This document shows, piece by piece, positions 58,784-64,000 of a stretch of DNA of 64,000 nt (positions within the stretch are counted from its first letter, which is position 1; each line of letters opens with the position of its first letter). Under the pieces are notes generated by a model. The model had not been told where the DNA came from. It was given only the letters and a program-made list of their open reading frames with translations, and did not search any database. The DNA is taken from positions 1,674,001 to 1,738,000 of the forward strand of contig NW_027191413.1 in the NCBI RefSeq assembly GCF_041146345.1. The letters run 5' to 3'. The position numbers and the translations under genes were made by a program. The DNA comes from Neodothiora populina (taxonomy: Eukaryota).

Positions 58784-61700
58784 ATGGCTGGAGGTGTGAC
58801 GCAAAATGGCAGTGGACGCACCAACGGAGCGAACGGCCATGGCTCTCCTTCCTCATCGGCCGTGCCATTCGCGCGCTTCTCTGCTGTCCCGCGAGCCATG
58901 GATATCCCAGTGTCAAGTGGCGACATCGAAGAAGCTGTCGAGGTCGATCTCGAGGATCTGATGGATGACCCCACGGAGCTGTGCACGCTGCTGGAGAACG
59001 AGAACGTCGCCAAAAACTACTGGATGACCATCGCCCTCGCATACGCAAAGCAACAGAAGGTAGACCTCGCCATTGACATTGTAGCGAAAGGGCTGAGCTC
59101 GATATCCAAAGGAGGTGGTAAACCCGAAGACAAGCTGGCCCTCTTATCATGCCTCTGCTGGCTGTACATCTGGCAGTGCAGGACTGCTCCTCGTCTCAAG
59201 CCCGAAGGACAACTCGCCTCCGAGGCTCGCACCAAGGACTACTACATCCGCCATGTCACCACCACTCTCAACGAAGCCTCGCGCATTTCTCCCACTTACC
59301 ACCCTCTTCTCCTGGCTCGCGGAGTCTTGCAACTTATCCGCGCCTCTCTGCAGCAACGTCCCACCGAGCGCATCGACACCCTGACACAAGCCGCCAAGTT
59401 CTTCGCCGATGCCTTGCGTGCTTCCAGCGGCAGGAACGTCATGGCCATCATGGGTCAGGCGAGAGCGCTGTTCTCTCTCGGCAAATACGCCGATGCCCTC
59501 GGCAAATATCAGCAGGCTCTCGAAAACGCTCCGGATCTGGTCGATCCCGATCCCAGGATCGGTATTGGCTGTTGCTTCTGGCAGCTCGGTCACCACAATG
59601 AAGCCCAGATAGCTTGGAAGCGCTCTCTCGAACTCAACCCTGCCTCCAAGATGGCCAATATCCTGCTGGGTCTTTTCCACCTGGCCGAGAGCGCTAGGTT
59701 GCCCACCACTGATCCCGACTTTCAGCAGCATTACAAGAGAGCGATGACCGAATACACCCAGACCGCATGGAAGTTGGACAACAAATTCCCTCTGACCTGC
59801 GCCACTTTCGCAAACTATTTTCTTTTGAGGAAGGCGTGGCCGACGGTCGAGAAGCTTGCCCGTCAGGCCATCGAGGCCACCGATGTCAACGCCATTGCAG
59901 GAGACGGTTGGTACCTTCTTGCGAGAAAAGAGCACTACGAGGGAGACATCGCAAAAGCCACAGACTACTACAACAGAGCCGATCAAGCTCGTGGTGGAGA
60001 TGACAAGGGTTATCTGCCAGCCAAGTTCGGTGCCGCCCAGCTGCGCACCCTCGCACGCGACTTTGAAGGTGCGAAGCACCGCCTCGAGAGGATCGTACAT
60101 CAGTCCAAGAATGTCGAGGCCATGACATTATTAGGTCTCTTGTATGCCGAAGATGTCTACGCCAACCAAGCCGCTGCTGTCAAAGAAGACATGTCGAGCG
60201 AGACGAACAAGGCGATAGCGCTGCTGGAGCAAGTTCGTAACTCGTGGAAAGACCCCAAGAAGAAGCACACCCCCGACCCTGCCGTCTTGCTCAACCTGGC
60301 CAGGCTATACGAAGTGGACAGTCCCGAAAAAAGTCTACAGTGCTTGCAGCAAGTCGAGACCATGGAGATTGACGACATTGCTGTCGAGGACCGTCCTCGA
60401 AAAGCAGACGAGGCCGAGACGCTCGCAGCACTCCGCGAGTCCTTGCCCCCACAACTACTCAACAACATGGCTGCATTCCACTACCAAGCTGAGCGCTACG
60501 GTCAAGCTCGTGAGCTTTTCCAGAGCGCACTGAATGCTTGCGTCAAGATCGGTGACAAGGACAGTACCATAGACGCCGATGCCCTCGTGACGACCATCAG
60601 TTTCAACCTTGCCCGGACCTATGAGGCCGAGGGCTTGACCAAGGAAGCCCGTCAGGTCTACGACAGTCTTGTTCAGCGACACTCGGATTACACTGATGCT
60701 CGCATCCGGCTGGCTTATCTCGACTTGCTCGAGAATCCCTCGGAACAGTCCACGCAAGGTCTCAAGAAGCTGCTTGATGCTGACCCTAGTGATCTCGAGA
60801 TCCGTGCTCTTTATGGCTGGCATCTGCACAAGGTCAAGAGACGAACATTGAACCCGGCCGAAGACCAAGAGCAACGACACTACAAGCACTCCCTCCAGGA
60901 CTACGACAAGCATGATCGATATTCTCTCACTGGAATGGGTAACATCTTCATACAAGTGGCCCGTGAAATGCGACGAGACACGGACCAAGACAAGGACAAG
61001 CGCTCCAAGACCTACGCTCGCGCTATCGAATTCTTCGACAAGGCCCTCCAATTAGATCCCAGGAATGCTTATGCCGCACAGGGCATTGCTATTGCTCTCG
61101 CCGAGGAGAAGAAGGACCACGCTGGAGCCATCCAGATCTTCACGGGTATTCGTGAGGCTCTGCGAGATGCAAGTGTGTTCCTCAACCTCGGTCACTCTTT
61201 CTGCGAGGTCAAGCAGTACTCTAGAGCCATTGAGAACTACGAGCTTGCGCTCGCCAGGAGTCGCGGTCCCTCAGACCCGTCCATTCTTGCATGTCTTGGT
61301 CGTGTTTGGCTTCTCAAGGGTAAGCAGGAGAAGAATCTTCCAGCCATGAAGTCGTCTCTCGAGTACTCTCTGCGCGCTCTCGAGGTAGCACCCGAGCAAG
61401 CACATTTTCGCTTCAACGTAGCTTTTGTTCAGATCCAGATCGCGTCTCTCATCTATGGTATGCCCGACGCGGCCAGAACCCTTGTGGATGTCGAGACGGC
61501 GGCCAAGGGCCTGGATGAAGCAATCGAGACCCTCATGGACATCGCCAAGGGTCCTAACCCGCCCTTCCCCAGACATGACATCGAGCAGCGCGCCAACATG
61601 GGTAAGAACACCATGCGCAAGCAATTAGACAGAGCCATGACGTCACAGCGCGAGTACGAAAGCAAGAATGCTGCCCGTCTCGAGCAAGCGAGGAGTCAGC

Positions 61701-62472
61701 GTGAAGCCGAGATCAAGAAGCGAGAAGACCAGAAGCGGGCCATGGCCGAAGCCGAACTGGAGAAGCGCCGCCTGATCAAGGAGGAGCGTGAGCGCATCGC
61801 TACAGAGGACCGGAAGATCATCGAGGACAAGCTAGCTGAGGAGGCGATGCGCAAGGATCGCGAAGCTGTCGACATGACGACTGATGTAAGTTTTGCCTGT
61901 ACTGTGGCCATTTAGTGCAAGAAACTAACCCTGAATAGGAGGAGACTGGCGAGAAGAAGAAGCGGGAGAAGCGCAAGAAGGGAGGTAAAGGATCACGTAG
62001 AACAAGAGAGGATGACGATCTGATCGACGACCGATCCGACAACGGCTACGGCGATTCCGACAGTGGTGCCTCCGATGCAGAAGGTGCCAAGAAGAAGCGA
62101 AAGCCAGCGAGAGGCAGTCTGACACCGGCCGAAGATGGCGGCGAGGGCGAGGCGCGAAAGACGAAACGCAGAAAACTCGAGCGCAAGTCAAAAGCTGTCA
62201 AGGAGAATTCCAAGTTCAAGTCATCAGAAGTCGTTGTCGATAGCGATTCTGATGACGAGGCTGTGCGTGAAGCCAACAACAACACGGCTCTAGCGAGCAA
62301 GCTCAACGAGGATGCCGTTGATCAAGAAAATGCCCGGTTGGACGAGCAGTTGGATAACATGAGCGATGGAGACGAAGAGGAAGCCGTCGCAGCACAACCC
62401 AGGAGGAAGAAGCGGGCCGTGGTTGATGAAGACGACGACGACGACGAAGAAGACGTTGCCATGGACGAGTAG
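58784..62472 (+). CDS. CTR9: Paf1 complex TPR subunit Ctr9; 2 exons
   Basis: DDPTELCTLLENE..YWMTIALAY, DPRIGIGCCFWQLG, DPRNAYAAQGIAIAL, many TPRs and an acidic/basic tail; intron 61886-61938. Confidence 0.93.
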
Positions 62473-63205
62473 TGACTTTTGTTCTTCTCTGGCATCTCTA
62501 TCAGGACAGCGGTCCAAGACAATACATTGTCATTAATCGCTCGGAGTTTCTGGGGAGAAAGGGAGGCAGGAAAGGTATATGTATACGAAACCCAAGGTGC
62601 GGTAGGCCATGCAATACCTGGTCTTTTTCTCTTCTCTACTTTCCAAACAAAATGACAGGATATAATCCAATTCTCAAAGTCGAGCAACAGAAGTCTTCGT
62701 CTTTACATACCACCTTGCCCACGACGAAATCGAGCCCCTCTTCTATGCAACCTATCTCACTCCCTCGGCGCCGAGACTTTCGTTCGTCCATTCGCTTTCG
62801 TGCGTATCCCAGAAAGCCCCGTTTGTCTTGGATTGTGATCGCATCGAAGTGAGTGAATCGCCCCGACGACGGAAATGACCACGAAACGAAACGAGCGTAC
62901 CACGAACGCCAACCGGACTTCACATTCGCATTTCACTCTGTAAAGCGGCTGGAGGTGCTATTCCCGCTCTGGCGTTTTTTCTTCCCCTCGCGCAAGTTCG
63001 TCTCGCATCGCTCACGTTCACTTCGCGCGCTCACTTCGCGCGCCTTTTTATCTGGCCGTTCTCGCCTCGTTCTTCTTCTCCTTTTCACGAACGTCCTTCT
63101 TCCATTGCAAGAGAGAAAGACGAAGCCACTACTTACTTTTGACTCGAGAAATACGATACAAGAAAGGAATCACTTCAAAGGAAAGTTGCATCAGAAGCTT
63201 CCGAG

Positions 63206-64000
63206 ATGACTGACGCCAACACTCCTTTCACGCCCAGTGAGGCCAAGATCATCTTGTCTATCATGAAGAATTTGGAGGGCGACATTAAGGTAAGTCTTCT
63301 CTTTTTCTTCTCTTTCCTTTTCTTCTTCCTCGTCGTGTTCTCGAAGTCAAATTCAACCCCTGCCCGACGCTCACTTCCTCGTATCTGCATTTGTCTTTTT
63401 TCGAATTACTTACCTACCCAATTCGTTATCTCCTGACTTTGACACTTCTCTCCTCTGTCCCCTCTCCACGAAAAAGAGCGAGACGAGTCCTCTCCTCGCG
63501 CAGACATCGAAAGCGGAACTAACGAGAGAAAAAAAACTCATAGGCAGACTTCGCCGCCGTCGCAGTCGACTGCAACCTGAAAGACGCCAACATCGCCAAA
63601 ACCCGCTGGCGCCAGATTCTCTGCTCCAAGAAGCTCAACAATCTGAGCCCTTCCAGCAACACCCCCACGGGCACTACTGGAGCTGGTCCATCTACCACTA
63701 CCGCCGGCAGCCCCTCGGGCATCGCCAAGAAGAAATCTCCTCGCGCGAACAAGAAAGGCGTCGCTCGTGCTCGCCCTCGTCTCTCCTTCGCTGACGACGA
63801 CGAAGACGAAGACGAAGACTCGGACTTCGTCGCTCCCCGCACCATCACCCGCAGCGGCCGCAGCGCAGGCATGAAGGGCATCGTGGCAGCCACCGGTAAC
63901 ACCAACCGCAAGATGATCCAAGCCAACCGCAAGGCCCACGCCAACACCAAGGTCCACGCCACCACCAAGGGAAAGGGCAAGGGCAAGGTTTCCGTCTTCA
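63206..64000 (+). CDS. Myb/SANT-like small DNA-binding protein with basic/acidic tail (runs off the window end)
   Basis: Exon 1 MTDANTPFTPSEAKIILSIMKNLEGDIK; intron 63290-63543; exon 2 ADFAAVAVDCNLKDANIAKTRWRQI...KKKSPR..., open to position 64000. Confidence 0.7.

Noticed and set aside
1..64000. Transposons, RIP-affected AT-rich blocks, tRNA/rRNA, CRISPR, secondary-metabolite cluster
   Set aside because: No such motifs or compositional shifts seen by eye; the window is core eukaryotic gene content.

Overview
Gene-dense eukaryotic DNA from a filamentous ascomycete (Pezizomycotina; short GT-AG introns with CTRAC branch sites, and an FlbB-type bZIP). I reconstructed about 23 protein-coding genes, most of them intron-containing, by reading splice sites by eye. 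Recognisable ones: ELMO/CED-12, MNN10-family glycosyltransferase, complex I NDUFB10, FlbB, PlsC-type acyltransferase, PIR/GPI wall protein, CBF5, CDC34-type E2, UBA/UIM protein, SIS1, RAI1, SAC3, DUF2841, YCF1-type ABCC transporter, GET4, SEC8, CTR9 and a truncated Myb-like gene. Several others are hypothetical. The standout, invisible in the ORF track, is a complete U2 spliceosomal snRNA gene (about 33870-34114, +). Its conserved 5' end (UCUC|UUUGCCUUUUGGCUUAGAUC) is split by a canonical 56-nt spliceosomal intron (33877-33932), so this U2 would need the spliceosome for its own maturation. Other points of interest are a 25-bp intronic hairpin in YCF1, an 8-nt micro-exon in RAI1, a probable FlbB intron-retention isoform and a possible APC16/Apc9-like protein. 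I saw no tRNA, rRNA, transposon or CRISPR. All family calls come from remembered motifs; no database search was run.
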